NCBI GenBank assembly: GCA_030706225.1
Contig: JAUZOW010000001.1
Coordinates: forward strand, 1 to 51,955
Direction: 5' to 3'
DNA from: Bacteroidota bacterium
Lineage (GTDB): Bacteria; Bacteroidota; Bacteroidia; Bacteroidales; FEN-979
DNA: 51,955 nt
The notes beneath the pieces are model-generated. The model worked only from the letters and a program-made list of their open reading frames with translations, made no database searches and was not told the origin of the DNA. The position numbers were made by a program, and so were the translations under genes. Positions 43,059-51,955 of the stretch are shown one piece after another (the first letter of the stretch is position 1; each line of letters opens with the position of its first letter).

Positions 43059-44327
43059 ATGAGTTCGATGTCATTTTATAATACTTTAACACAAAACAGC
43101 AATATCCGGATGCGTTGTTATCTATTGATTATAAGTTTCATATATTTTTTTTTCTGCTTTTCCTCGCCTTTGGTTGCCCAGGAGAAAATAACCATTGGTA
43201 AAATTGTAATTGATGCAGGTCATGGAGGCAAAGATCCGGGGACAATCGGGAAAATGAGCCAGGAAAAAAGTGTAACGCTGGCTATTGCGCTGTGCTTAGG
43301 AAAGAAAATCCAGGAAGAATTGCCGGGTGTTAAAGTGATCTATACCCGGAATAAAGATGAATTTGTGGAATTGCATGAAAGAGCAGCCATTGCTAACCGG
43401 AGCAAGGCCGATCTGTTCATTTCCATTCATTGTAATGCAAACCATTCCAAGGCTTTACACGGAGCTGAAACCTATATAATGGGTCTTTACCGGACAAATG
43501 CCAATCTTGCCATTGCAAAGAAGGAAAATTCATCCATTCTGATGGAACCCGATTATACCGCAAATTATGATGGATTTGATCCCAATTCGGACGAATCTTA
43601 TATAACCTTTTCCCTCTTTCAAAATGCATTCATGGATCAAAGTACCGCTCTGGCTGCTCTTGTCCAGGATGAAATGAAGGATCGTGTCGGACTTCAGGAT
43701 CGTGGGGTTCGCCAGGCAGGATTCCTGGTTTTGTATCATACCACGATGCCCAGCATTCTGGTAGAAACAGGTTTTCTTTCCAATCCGGAAGAGGAAAAGT
43801 TCCTGAATTCTAAGTCTGGTCAGGATTATGTCTCTTCGGCCATTTTGCGTGCTATCCGGCGTTTCAGATCAGGAATAAATAAAAAAACGGAGGAAGTAGC
43901 CGTTAAGACAAAAGATTTACCTTCAAAAAAACGGGATGTAACAGTAAAATCCAACGATTTACCTTTAAAAAAGCAGGATATAACGGTAAAATCCAAAGAT
44001 TTACCTTCAAAAAAACAGGAAAGATCTGTAAAATCCAAAGACGATCCTCCGGTCATACGTTACCGGGTTCAGGTGGCAACTTTCCCTTCGGATATCGGAA
44101 TTCATTCCAAACGCTTTGCAGGGCTTAACGATGTAAAAGTATATAAGCATAATGGTATTTATAAATATACTTCCGGCGATGAAAAATCATGGGATGATGC
44201 GTTGAAACTTCTTGGGAAGATAAAAAAGCATGGGTTCCATGACGCATTTATCGTGGCATTTTCAAATGATGAAAGAATTACGGTAGAAGAAGCAAGAAAT
44301 GCCCTTGGAAAGGAAACCAAAAAATAA
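43059..44327 (+). CDS. N-acetylmuramoyl-L-alanine amidase (Amidase_3) with repeat linker and C-terminal SPOR domain
   Basis: 422 aa. Amidase_3 motifs are IVIDAGHGGKDPG, SIHCNA and VETGFLSN. The C-terminal YRVQVATF ... FHDAFIVAF fits a SPOR domain. Confidence 0.9.
   Translation: MSSMSFYNTLTQNSNIRMRCYLLIISFIYFFFCFSSPLVAQEKITIGKIVIDAGHGGKDPGTIGKMSQEKSVTLAIALCLGKKIQEELPGVKVIYTRNKDEFVELHERAAIANRSKADLFISIHCNANHSKALHGAETYIMGLYRTNANLAIAKKENSSILMEPDYTANYDGFDPNSDESYITFSLFQNAFMDQSTALAALVQDEMKDRVGLQDRGVRQAGFLVLYHTTMPSILVETGFLSNPEEEKFLNSKSGQDYVSSAILRAIRRFRSGINKKTEEVAVKTKDLPSKKRDVTVKSNDLPLKKQDITVKSKDLPSKKQERSVKSKDDPPVIRYRVQVATFPSDIGIHSKRFAGLNDVKVYKHNGIYKYTSGDEKSWDDALKLLGKIKKHGFHDAFIVAFSNDERITVEEARNALGKETKK
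43902..44048 (+). repeat. 3.5 tandem copies of a 42-bp (14-codon) repeat in the amidase linker
   Basis: Units start at 43902, 43944, 43986 and 44028. They encode VKTKDLPSKKRDVT / VKSNDLPLKKQDIT / VKSKDLPSKKQERS / VKSKDDP. Confidence 0.9.
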
Positions 44328-44368
44328 TTTTCCCTGATTTTTCGCGTTATTTCCGTAGGAAAATTAGG

Positions 44369-44376
44369 TAATTTTG
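44369..44376 (+). promoter_or_regulatory. Candidate Bacteroidota -7 box TAATTTTG
   Basis: Matches TAnnTTTG 15 nt upstream of the ATG at 44391. It is preceded by the inverted repeat AATTTTCC..GGAAAATT. Confidence 0.3.
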
Positions 44377-44390
44377 CATTATTAATCAAT

Positions 44391-45347
44391 ATGATCGCAG
44401 TGAAAATCCGGAAGGAAGTTAAAGTAGGAATATTATTTGTCGTAGCACTTATTGTAATAATATGGGGTATGATGTTTTTAAAGGGTTTGCAACTCTTTAA
44501 ACCCCGTAAAATAGTGTATGCCGTTTATGAAAAGGTAAATGGACTGGTTCCTGCAAATCCGGTTTTGATCAACGGATTAAAGGTCGGCCAGGTCAAAGAC
44601 CTTTATTTTTCCAAAACCCAGCCCGGAAAGATTATTGTTGAATTATATATAACTTCCGATTACCCGATCCCCAGAAATTCTGTCGCAAAGATTTACAGTT
44701 CGGATCTGATGGGAACCAAAGATGTTGAAATTATTCTTGGGGATTCAAAGGCTTATCTTCAACCGGGAGATACGTTGAAAGCGATCACTGAAGCTACATT
44801 GGGCGAAGAGGTTAATCGTCAGATCCTGCCATTGAAAATAAAAGCTGAAAATCTGATCAGTTCGATTGATACGGTGGCCAATATCCTTCAGCAGGTACTG
44901 AATAAGAATACCCGGGATAATCTGATCACCTCCGTTGAACATGTCAGGAATACTTTGCAGAATCTTGAACATACCACTTATAATTTAGATACGCTGGTAG
45001 GATCTGAAAAGAAACACCTGGCTGGTATTATCTCTAATGTGGAATCCATCAGCAGTAACCTCCGGAAAAACAACGATAAGATCACGAATATCCTTTCCAA
45101 TTTTTCATCGGTAAGCGATTCTCTGGCAAAAGCCCGGATCCCTTCCACTATCCTTGAAGTTCATAACACGGTTGCCGATCTGGATCAAATTATTTACAAG
45201 ATTAATAATGGAGAAGGAACTGTGGGTCAGTTGGTTAAAAATGAGCAGCTTTACAAAGAAGTTGAAAAGGCTGCACGGGACCTGAATCTTCTTATTGAAG
45301 ATATCAAGGCGAATCCTAAAAAATATGTAAAAATTTCTGTCTTCTGA
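44391..45347 (+). CDS. MlaD/MCE-family protein
   Basis: 318 aa. An N-terminal TM helix is followed by an MCE-like beta-barrel segment (V.GL.VG..V...G..VG.V) and a long helical C-terminal region. Confidence 0.8.
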   Translation: MIAVKIRKEVKVGILFVVALIVIIWGMMFLKGLQLFKPRKIVYAVYEKVNGLVPANPVLINGLKVGQVKDLYFSKTQPGKIIVELYITSDYPIPRNSVAKIYSSDLMGTKDVEIILGDSKAYLQPGDTLKAITEATLGEEVNRQILPLKIKAENLISSIDTVANILQQVLNKNTRDNLITSVEHVRNTLQNLEHTTYNLDTLVGSEKKHLAGIISNVESISSNLRKNNDKITNILSNFSSVSDSLAKARIPSTILEVHNTVADLDQIIYKINNGEGTVGQLVKNEQLYKEVEKAARDLNLLIEDIKANPKKYVKISVF

Positions 45348-45359
45348 GAAGGATGTGCC

Positions 45360-46910
45360 CTACCAGATAAAAATGTCTTCTTTTATCAGGGGGCGCCTTT
45401 TTTCAATCCAGCGAAAATTTTTCAGTTTCAAATCGTAAGGAGAGATATCTTTTTCCGGGTAAAAAGTTGCATCCGGTTTTGATATGTAGGTTATATCTGT
45501 AAATTTATTCTTTTCCAGAAAGATCAGCAGATCGCTTGATATGGCTTTATTGATCCCGATCAGGCTCCGGTCATCTTCCCTGGCAAAGTATATTGTCTCG
45601 GAATTACCCAGAACCCGGATCTTGTAAATCTCGTTGTTCTTAAAATAGCCGATCATATTCCTGCCTTTAACCTGATTGAATTTATTGGTGTCATCTTTGG
45701 AAATGATAAAAGCTGAATTATATAGAACAATGGAATCGGCCTGGTTGTTCCGGATATTCAACCGGATGGAATCTGCTGTTAACTGATTTTCGCTGGACCA
45801 GATTACAGGGTCATGATATAGAAACATGGTGGAATCAGCACCATGGTAAGCCAGTGAATCTCCCAGACCCTGAAGATCATGGCGGAAGAATTTAACTTTA
45901 TAAAAAGCCCTGATATTCCGAATGTTATCTGTCGAATCGAAAGTGCCGTGGATGGTATCGCTGTGCAGGAACAAAGAGTCTTTTTTATCGATCAGCACGG
46001 CAACCGCACTGTCGGTCATATAGGTATACCCTTTCTTCCGGAAAATTTCACCGTAATTGCCTTTCAGAATGATATTTTTAACTGTATCTTTCAGAATCGC
46101 ATGACGGAAAACCTGACCATATCCGGTATTCCGTTCATAATGCATACTATCGCCCGTAACACTCTGAGGTCCGTGAAAAATGATCCCGTTTTTCCGGAAA
46201 CGGGAAATATCATTTTTTGTGTCGTACCATCCGTTCTCGCAATAAATGGAATCTTCTTTCCCGACAATGGTGGAAGGACCGAAAAAATATGAGGTTTCAG
46301 AAACTGTATTGTAAAGCAAGGTATCCGAGTGCATTATATATTCCGGATTGAGAAGGATGACCTTTTGCTTGAAAAAGAATTTTTTATCGTCGGTGTAGTA
46401 ATATCCATATTTACTGACCAGGGTGTTTTTCCCGTTCACAATTTTTCCCCAATCATCATAGCGGGCTATATCCGTATTACGGTCGAAATAAAGCGTATCG
46501 GTGGTCAGGGTAGTTTCATTGTCGATCAGCCTGACTTTATTTTTAATACATGCAATACGCGTATTACCGTCGTATTTCAAAGAATCGCCGAAAAGATTCA
46601 ATGTGTCGCTTACCCGGATATGAACATTTCCATATGCTCTCACATTATTCTGGATTTCATTCAGATAAGCGCTGTCGCAATATAAATAGGTACTATCGTG
46701 TCTGAGGACGACATCTCCCAGTATTCGCTGGATATCCGGTCCGATATCCTTATTATATTCCCAGGAATTAGCTTTTTCAAGCATGATTTTTGTTTTGCCC
46801 TGGGAAAAGAGTGATAAGGGAAGTAAAAAGATAAAAACAAAAGGAATTATCCACAAACAACGAGTCGTGAACGTTGAGCCCTGATTTATATGGGATATAA
46901 GCTTAAACAC
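45360..46910 (-). CDS. OstA/LptA-like repeat protein
   Basis: 516 aa with a signal peptide and a GTG start. It has repeated OstA-like strand patterns (GDVVLRHDSTYLYCDSAYL, GNVHIRV, DSLKYDG). The call is family-level only. Confidence 0.55.
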   Translation of the reverse strand: MFKLISHINQGSTFTTRCLWIIPFVFIFLLPLSLFSQGKTKIMLEKANSWEYNKDIGPDIQRILGDVVLRHDSTYLYCDSAYLNEIQNNVRAYGNVHIRVSDTLNLFGDSLKYDGNTRIACIKNKVRLIDNETTLTTDTLYFDRNTDIARYDDWGKIVNGKNTLVSKYGYYYTDDKKFFFKQKVILLNPEYIMHSDTLLYNTVSETSYFFGPSTIVGKEDSIYCENGWYDTKNDISRFRKNGIIFHGPQSVTGDSMHYERNTGYGQVFRHAILKDTVKNIILKGNYGEIFRKKGYTYMTDSAVAVLIDKKDSLFLHSDTIHGTFDSTDNIRNIRAFYKVKFFRHDLQGLGDSLAYHGADSTMFLYHDPVIWSSENQLTADSIRLNIRNNQADSIVLYNSAFIISKDDTNKFNQVKGRNMIGYFKNNEIYKIRVLGNSETIYFAREDDRSLIGINKAISSDLLIFLEKNKFTDITYISKPDATFYPEKDISPYDLKLKNFRWIEKRRPLIKEDIFIW

Positions 46911-46977
46911 AGGGGCAAAGGTAATGATTCGCTTTCAAATTTATGAACCATTCCCATTTTTGTATGACGGAAATCGC

Positions 46978-46985
46978 TAATTTTG
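46978..46985 (+). promoter_or_regulatory. Candidate Bacteroidota -7 box TAATTTTG upstream of gatE
   Basis: Matches TAnnTTTG 31 nt upstream of the ATG at 47017. Confidence 0.3.
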
Positions 46986-47016
46986 GGCTTTCTTAAATAC
47001 TATTTTATCATATTAC

Positions 47017-48999
47017 ATGAGCTCAAAATTTGATCCACGCCGCAACTATAATGAAACCCGGAAAGCTATAGGATACGTTCCGCGAAGCAAAGCAACACAG
47101 AAAGATTACGACAGGATTGGTTTTACCTCCGGGCTGGAAGTTCACCAGCAATTAAATACCAGAGAAAAACTATTTTGTCGTTGTCCTGCCGGGATATATC
47201 AGAAAGCAGATGATTATGATGCGGAACTGATCCGCCATATGCGTCCGACTCTTAGTGAATTGGGCGAATATGATGGGACTGCTTTAATGGAATTCAAGAC
47301 CCGTAAAAAGATAATTTACAGGATCAAAAATCAAACTGCCTGTACTTACGATGTGGATGACACACCTCCATTTCCTCTGAACCGGGAAGCTCTTGAGATT
47401 GCCATTGAACTGTCGTTGATTTCGAAGCTGAATATCGTCGGTGAAGTGCATATCACCCGGAAACAGTACCTGGATGGATCTATCCCCACAGGTTTTCAAC
47501 GTACTGCCATCATCGGGGTTGAAGGTGAAATGCAATTAAAGAATAAAAAGGTAAAATTAATCCAGCTCAGCCTGGAAGAAGATGCCTGTCGTGAAGTTTC
47601 GGATATTGGCCATGTAAGAGTATATCGTACCGACCGTCTGGGAATGCCCCTGATCGAAACCGTTACCTATCCTGAATTTAAAAATCCGGATGAGGTGAAA
47701 GAAGGTGCCGATTATATTCGTTTCATGAACCGGAGTACTGGGAAAGTACGTACCGGTATTGGTTCTACCCGTGCGGATGTCAATGTGAGCTGTACCGGTG
47801 GAACAAGAATTGAAATCAAAGGCGTTGCCCATACATCCTGGATGCCTGAGCTGACTCATAATGAAGTATTCCGTCAATGGGCTTTGCTTCATATCAAAGA
47901 AATGCTTCTCGAAAGAGTTAAAGCACCTGTTGAATGGAAGTCGTCTCATAAAGAAGTGAGCGCCAAGGAAATAGGTCTTAAAGAAGATCTTATTCGCGCC
48001 CTTAGCCAGCCTTCTGTAAAAATTTATATTATCAATCTTCCGCAGTATCACGGTATATTATCACACTTTACCCAACCGGGTAAAATGTTTGCTGATGAAT
48101 TTTCAGATCGACTGAAAGTTATTGCCTGCATTGAAAAACCCAATATGCTTCATTCTGAAATGCCGGATGATATTGCAGGAAAGAAAGTCTGGGCCAAAGT
48201 ATCCAGCTTGCTTGACAGTAAGGAAGAAGATGCACAGCTTATCATCTGGGGTGATGAAGACGATATCCCTACGGCTCTTGAAACGATCGAAGAACGCTGC
48301 CGCATGGCTTTCAGTGGTATTCCGAAAGAAACCCGTAAATCGTTAAAAGACGGTACAACCATTTTTGAACGGGTTCTTCCCGGTGCCGACCGTATGTACC
48401 CGGATACGGATTCCGCTCCTATTCCTCTTTCTGATCAGCGTATTACTGAGATTTCACAAAATCTTCCGGTATTGGTTTCCGAACGTTATGCAGAACTTAC
48501 AAAATGGAATGTTCCGGAAGATACCTATACCTATATATTGAAGAACAACCTCATGCCTCTGATTGAAAAATGCCAATCCGATCTGGGTGTGGAACCTCGC
48601 TTTACTGCAACCCTGCTGGCTCATACATTGAAGCATATTCGTGGCCAGCATCCGGCAGCTCCCGAATTTTCCTTCAACAAAATATATGATTTACTGGGTT
48701 TTCTTGTCAACAGGAAACTCGATCTCGCCATCGCCAGGAAGATGCTGTATCATCTTTATCAGCACCCGAAAATGGATTTCGATTCAATTCTTGTGACTAT
48801 GGGATTTAATGAAATTCCACGCGAGGAGATCATCGAAAAGATTCCGTTCCTGGTCAAAAAATATGATCAGATTAAGACCTCTGAAAATTCAGGTGCCGGT
48901 GTCCGTTGGATCATGGGACACCTGAGTGAAAAAGCGCTGGGCAACATGCCACTGAGCGAACTGAAAGAGATGATTCTGAAAGAAGGAATGAAGGATTGA
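47017..48999 (+). CDS. gatE: Archaeal-type Glu-tRNA(Gln) amidotransferase subunit E
   Basis: 660 aa. It carries GLEVHQQLNT.EKLFCRCP and ELIRHMRPTLSELGEYDGTALMEF, then DDTPPFPLN.EAL and HITRKQYLDGSIPTGFQRTAIIG, and further on ADVNVS and PDTD. This pattern matches GatE rather than GatB, including the GatE-specific insertion and long C-terminal tail. Confidence 0.88.
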   Translation: MSSKFDPRRNYNETRKAIGYVPRSKATQKDYDRIGFTSGLEVHQQLNTREKLFCRCPAGIYQKADDYDAELIRHMRPTLSELGEYDGTALMEFKTRKKIIYRIKNQTACTYDVDDTPPFPLNREALEIAIELSLISKLNIVGEVHITRKQYLDGSIPTGFQRTAIIGVEGEMQLKNKKVKLIQLSLEEDACREVSDIGHVRVYRTDRLGMPLIETVTYPEFKNPDEVKEGADYIRFMNRSTGKVRTGIGSTRADVNVSCTGGTRIEIKGVAHTSWMPELTHNEVFRQWALLHIKEMLLERVKAPVEWKSSHKEVSAKEIGLKEDLIRALSQPSVKIYIINLPQYHGILSHFTQPGKMFADEFSDRLKVIACIEKPNMLHSEMPDDIAGKKVWAKVSSLLDSKEEDAQLIIWGDEDDIPTALETIEERCRMAFSGIPKETRKSLKDGTTIFERVLPGADRMYPDTDSAPIPLSDQRITEISQNLPVLVSERYAELTKWNVPEDTYTYILKNNLMPLIEKCQSDLGVEPRFTATLLAHTLKHIRGQHPAAPEFSFNKIYDLLGFLVNRKLDLAIARKMLYHLYQHPKMDFDSILVTMGFNEIPREEIIEKIPFLVKKYDQIKTSENSGAGVRWIMGHLSEKALGNMPLSELKEMILKEGMKD

Positions 49000-49034
49000 T
49001 TTTATAAATCGTAAATAGTTAATAGTAAATTATA

Positions 49035-50420
49035 ATGGCTGACGATATTTTCCAGGGCTATAAAGGACACGCGCTCGAAATACTGAAAAAACACAATGCC
49101 CGGGTTTGGGCTCACGTGAAAGTAGATACAACCCGGGGTATGTTTGAAGGAACTATTCTTCCCCGTTCTGAAAATACGGATGACAAGCACCTGGTATTGA
49201 AGATATTTACCGGTTATAACATCGGTCTTGATGTAGATACTATCCGGGATATCAAGGAATTGGGTTATAAAAAGGCAGTTTACAAAATCCCTGAAAAGGA
49301 ATTCCCTTATTCTGAAGGTAAACCTAATGTAAAGCTTCTGGGAACCGGCGGAACCATTGCTTCCCGTCTTGACTATCGTACGGGTGCTGTTATTCCGGCT
49401 TTCTCTCCCGGGGAACTTTATGGAGCAGTTCCTGAATTAGCCGATATCTGCAACCTGACAACCGAAAAGCTTTTTGCTGTTTTCAGTGAAAATATGGGAC
49501 CGGAACAGTATAAAAAACTGGCAGTTGCAATCGGTAATGAAATCGAAAAAGGAATTGACGGTATTATTATCGGCCATGGAACGGATACCATGCATTATAC
49601 ATCGGCAGCTTTGACTTTTATGGTACAGGATCCCCCGGTTCCTATCGTTCTGGTAGGATCCCAGCGCTCATCTGATCGTCCCAGCTCGGATGCTGCGTTG
49701 AACCTGATGCATGCCGCAACAGCAGCAGGACACGGCGATATTGCCGAAGTCATGGTTTGTATGTTTGGACCTACTTCCGATGAATATGGTTTCCTCCATC
49801 GTGGAACCCGTGTCAGAAAAATGCACTCTTCATACCGTTCTACTTTCCGGACTATTGGTGATACTCCGCTGGCAACGGTTACCCGTCAGGGAGTTACTCC
49901 TATAAAAACCGAATATAACCATCGCCGGAAAGACCGTAAGGTAAAAATTATGCCTTATTTTGAAGAACGGGTAGCCATGCTGTATTACTATACCAATATG
50001 AATCCCGATATGATCGACGCTGCTGTCGATAATGGATATAAAGGGATTATAATTATCGGTACAGGACTTGGTCATGTCAACAAACCCCTTTATCCTGCTA
50101 TTAAGCGTGCCATTCAGAAAGGTGTTGCAATCTATATGACCGTTCAGACTCTCTGGGGCTATGTTCATATGTTTGTTTATGATACCGGCCGTGATCTGAT
50201 GGCTTTAGGAATCGTTCCTGCAGAAAATATGCTTCCTGAAACCGCATATATCAAGCTTGGGTGGGCATTGGGACAAACCAACGATCTGGAAAAAGTCAAA
50301 GAGATTATGCTTACTCCGATCAATGGTGAAATCACTAAACGCGAACCATACAATGGTTATCTTATCTACCAGGGCGGAGTGCCGGAAGTTGAAGCATTCA
50401 TAAAGCAATTCCATAAATAA
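49035..50420 (+). CDS. gatD: Archaeal-type Glu-tRNA(Gln) amidotransferase subunit D (asparaginase-like)
   Basis: 461 aa. It has the GatD N-terminal domain (FEGTILPRSE...LVLKIFTGYNIGLDV), then GTGGTIASRLDYRTGAV, GHGTDTMHYTSAAL and VGSQRSSDRPSSDAALNL. Confidence 0.9.
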   Translation: MADDIFQGYKGHALEILKKHNARVWAHVKVDTTRGMFEGTILPRSENTDDKHLVLKIFTGYNIGLDVDTIRDIKELGYKKAVYKIPEKEFPYSEGKPNVKLLGTGGTIASRLDYRTGAVIPAFSPGELYGAVPELADICNLTTEKLFAVFSENMGPEQYKKLAVAIGNEIEKGIDGIIIGHGTDTMHYTSAALTFMVQDPPVPIVLVGSQRSSDRPSSDAALNLMHAATAAGHGDIAEVMVCMFGPTSDEYGFLHRGTRVRKMHSSYRSTFRTIGDTPLATVTRQGVTPIKTEYNHRRKDRKVKIMPYFEERVAMLYYYTNMNPDMIDAAVDNGYKGIIIIGTGLGHVNKPLYPAIKRAIQKGVAIYMTVQTLWGYVHMFVYDTGRDLMALGIVPAENMLPETAYIKLGWALGQTNDLEKVKEIMLTPINGEITKREPYNGYLIYQGGVPEVEAFIKQFHK

Positions 50421-50433
50421 TTGCCGGAGTTTC

Positions 50434-51955
50434 CTAATAACTGATCGAATAGGTCAACTCAAATCCCCAGGAATTGTCATGGGGGAAATAAGTACTTCGC
50501 ATACCCAATGCAATGGGATACAAAAATCTCAGTAGATGAAAGTCCGTTGTAAGTTCAACGCCGGTTGATTTATAAACACCGGATGTAAATCTTTCCTGGT
50601 AATTTACGCTCCAACTTTCTGCATAATCAAAGAACAGGTTCATCCGGACCCGTTTGAAATAAAGCAGAGAACCCAGACTCCAGTCGGGATAAAAAAGAGG
50701 CATGGCATAATTAAAGGAAAGGGAATATATTTTTGGATCAAAAATATCATAATACCCCCGGGGATAGGTAATCACATCCGCATATCGATAACTAAGGGTT
50801 CCCGGGTTATAATGATTCTGGAATGCTCCGTAAATACGGATTCCATGATGTCCAAACATACCGGGAAAATAAAACCGTGTTTCAATCCCAAGCACGGATC
50901 CCATATCATTTTTTGTAAACGGCGTACTGCGATAAACGAAAAAGAAAGTCTGTCCCCATCTGGGATAAATATCTTTTCCGGAAGATCTGGTATATTGGAA
51001 GAAGGAGAGCTTATAATCCAACGATTGGATCAATCCCTGGTTAAAATATTCTGGCGTAGATGAATGATGTTTTGCATATATTAGGGTAGTCCCGATTGAT
51101 GGGGTGAGATAACGGTAATAATTCCCAAAACTGAAATTCCAGGGAATGCTGACAGATGTCGAAAGATTCATTTCCTGCCAGGTAAACCGTACCTTCTCAT
51201 TCCGGAATGATGTGATTGCATAGCCTGCCCGGTTCCCAATATCAAAATGAAAATCTAATACGGGATATAATCCTTTATAGCTCAGCGTTGTATAATATTT
51301 TCCCGTCTTCTCGTTCAGATTGTAATCGTAACCGGCTGATACAATCATGGTGCTCAGGTCATTCTGTGAAAGGACCATTATTCCCGGACTCATATCTAAA
51401 TTACCGGCACTGAATGAAACCGGTGCCCAGCAATGAAAATTGAATAAATGACCCAACTTTGAATACTTACAAACTGAGTCCAACGTCTCATGTTCAGAAT
51501 ATTTTGTCCCATGTTGTAAAACGCTATCCTGAACATTCACCTTTTCTTGTTCTGCCATTGCTTCAAAAAGCCGGTAAGAGTTATCGGTTATCCGGTCGAC
51601 AGGTATCCAGGCGGTAGAGTCAATCCGGGCTTCGGCAATCTGAAATCCATCTGCTCCGGAATCGGTGTAAATAAAACGGCTGGTATGGATCGAAAAGTCC
51701 GGATCATATGCACCGAATCGTGATGACGTGACCTGATACATCTTTTTAAAAGGGATATTCAGAATATAAAGGTTCTCTATTCCTGAATAATCAGACGAAA
51801 ACAGGATATAATTATTCCCCCAAAATGAAGGACCGGAAATCTGGTGATAGCTGAAAGGTAAAATGCTGGAAAATATTCCCGAATCCGGATCAAACAGACC
51901 GATGCTGTTTCCTCTGGCATCCAGCCATGTAAAAGCAATCCGTGTACCCTCTGCA
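50434..51955 (-). CDS. PD40/TolB-like repeat protein with C-terminal beta-barrel-like domain (5'-truncated by window edge)
   Basis: The minus-strand frame stays open from 51741 to the window end (..GPSFWGNNYILFSSDYSGIENLYILNIPFKKMYQVTS..), so the ATG at 51741 is internal. The C-terminus ends in aromatic ..LTYSISY, like outer-membrane barrels. Confidence 0.55.
   Translation of the reverse strand, partial: AEGTRIAFTWLDARGNSIGLFDPDSGIFSSILPFSYHQISGPSFWGNNYILFSSDYSGIENLYILNIPFKKMYQVTSSRFGAYDPDFSIHTSRFIYTDSGADGFQIAEARIDSTAWIPVDRITDNSYRLFEAMAEQEKVNVQDSVLQHGTKYSEHETLDSVCKYSKLGHLFNFHCWAPVSFSAGNLDMSPGIMVLSQNDLSTMIVSAGYDYNLNEKTGKYYTTLSYKGLYPVLDFHFDIGNRAGYAITSFRNEKVRFTWQEMNLSTSVSIPWNFSFGNYYRYLTPSIGTTLIYAKHHSSTPEYFNQGLIQSLDYKLSFFQYTRSSGKDIYPRWGQTFFFVYRSTPFTKNDMGSVLGIETRFYFPGMFGHHGIRIYGAFQNHYNPGTLSYRYADVITYPRGYYDIFDPKIYSLSFNYAMPLFYPDWSLGSLLYFKRVRMNLFFDYAESWSVNYQERFTSGVYKSTGVELTTDFHLLRFLYPIALGMRSTYFPHDNSWGFELTYSISY

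Noticed and set aside
1-51955. Searched by eye for CRISPR arrays, tRNA/rRNA genes, transposases, integrases, and restriction-modification or toxin-antitoxin pairs
   Set aside because: No regularly spaced repeat array was found. No intergenic segment has tRNA-like GC-rich stems or a GGTTCGAATCC-type T-loop. No ORF has transposase or integrase motifs. Absence is based on visual inspection only. tRNAscan, Infernal and CRISPR finders would be decisive.

Overview
This is a 52-kb, gene-dense chromosomal segment with about 40 CDS and mostly <100-bp spacers. I infer an anaerobic member of the Bacteroidota. The evidence is Bacteroidota-style LptD/OstA-like proteins, a SPOR amidase, DUF2723, a long-form urocanase, many lipoproteins, and recurrent TAnnTTTG -7 boxes 15-75 nt upstream of start codons. 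I recognised no rRNA, tRNA, CRISPR array, transposase or integrase. Most genes are housekeeping: gdhA, gpmA, birA, radC, hutU, tgt, ispE, ung, ridA, lptD/lptFG-like, mlaD and an amidase.

Stand-out loci:
1. 1.7-14.7 kb: a co-directional five-gene cluster. Two paralogous 1000-1300-aa receiver-domain/ATP-grasp (PPDK_N-like) proteins lack the swivel-His and PEP-binding domains of true dikinases. They bracket a NuoE-like / NuoF-like / GltD-NuoG-like-fusion flavin iron-sulfur oxidoreductase. This is my best candidate for an undescribed signalling-redox system.
2. 22.8-25.5 kb: an operon of ECF-type sigma, anti-sigma-like membrane protein and exported CHAT (caspase-like) protease.
3. 47.0-50.4 kb: an archaeal-type GatE-GatD amidotransferase pair in a bacterial context.
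4. 19.9-21.3 kb: a RhuM-family gene cassette bounded by a ~43-bp imperfect direct repeat, with 9-bp tandem repeats at its left edge.
5. 36.1-38.1 kb: a di-haem peroxidase (MbnH-like) plus a possible MbnP-like partner.

All functional calls come from by-eye motif recognition on the supplied translations. No database search was run.
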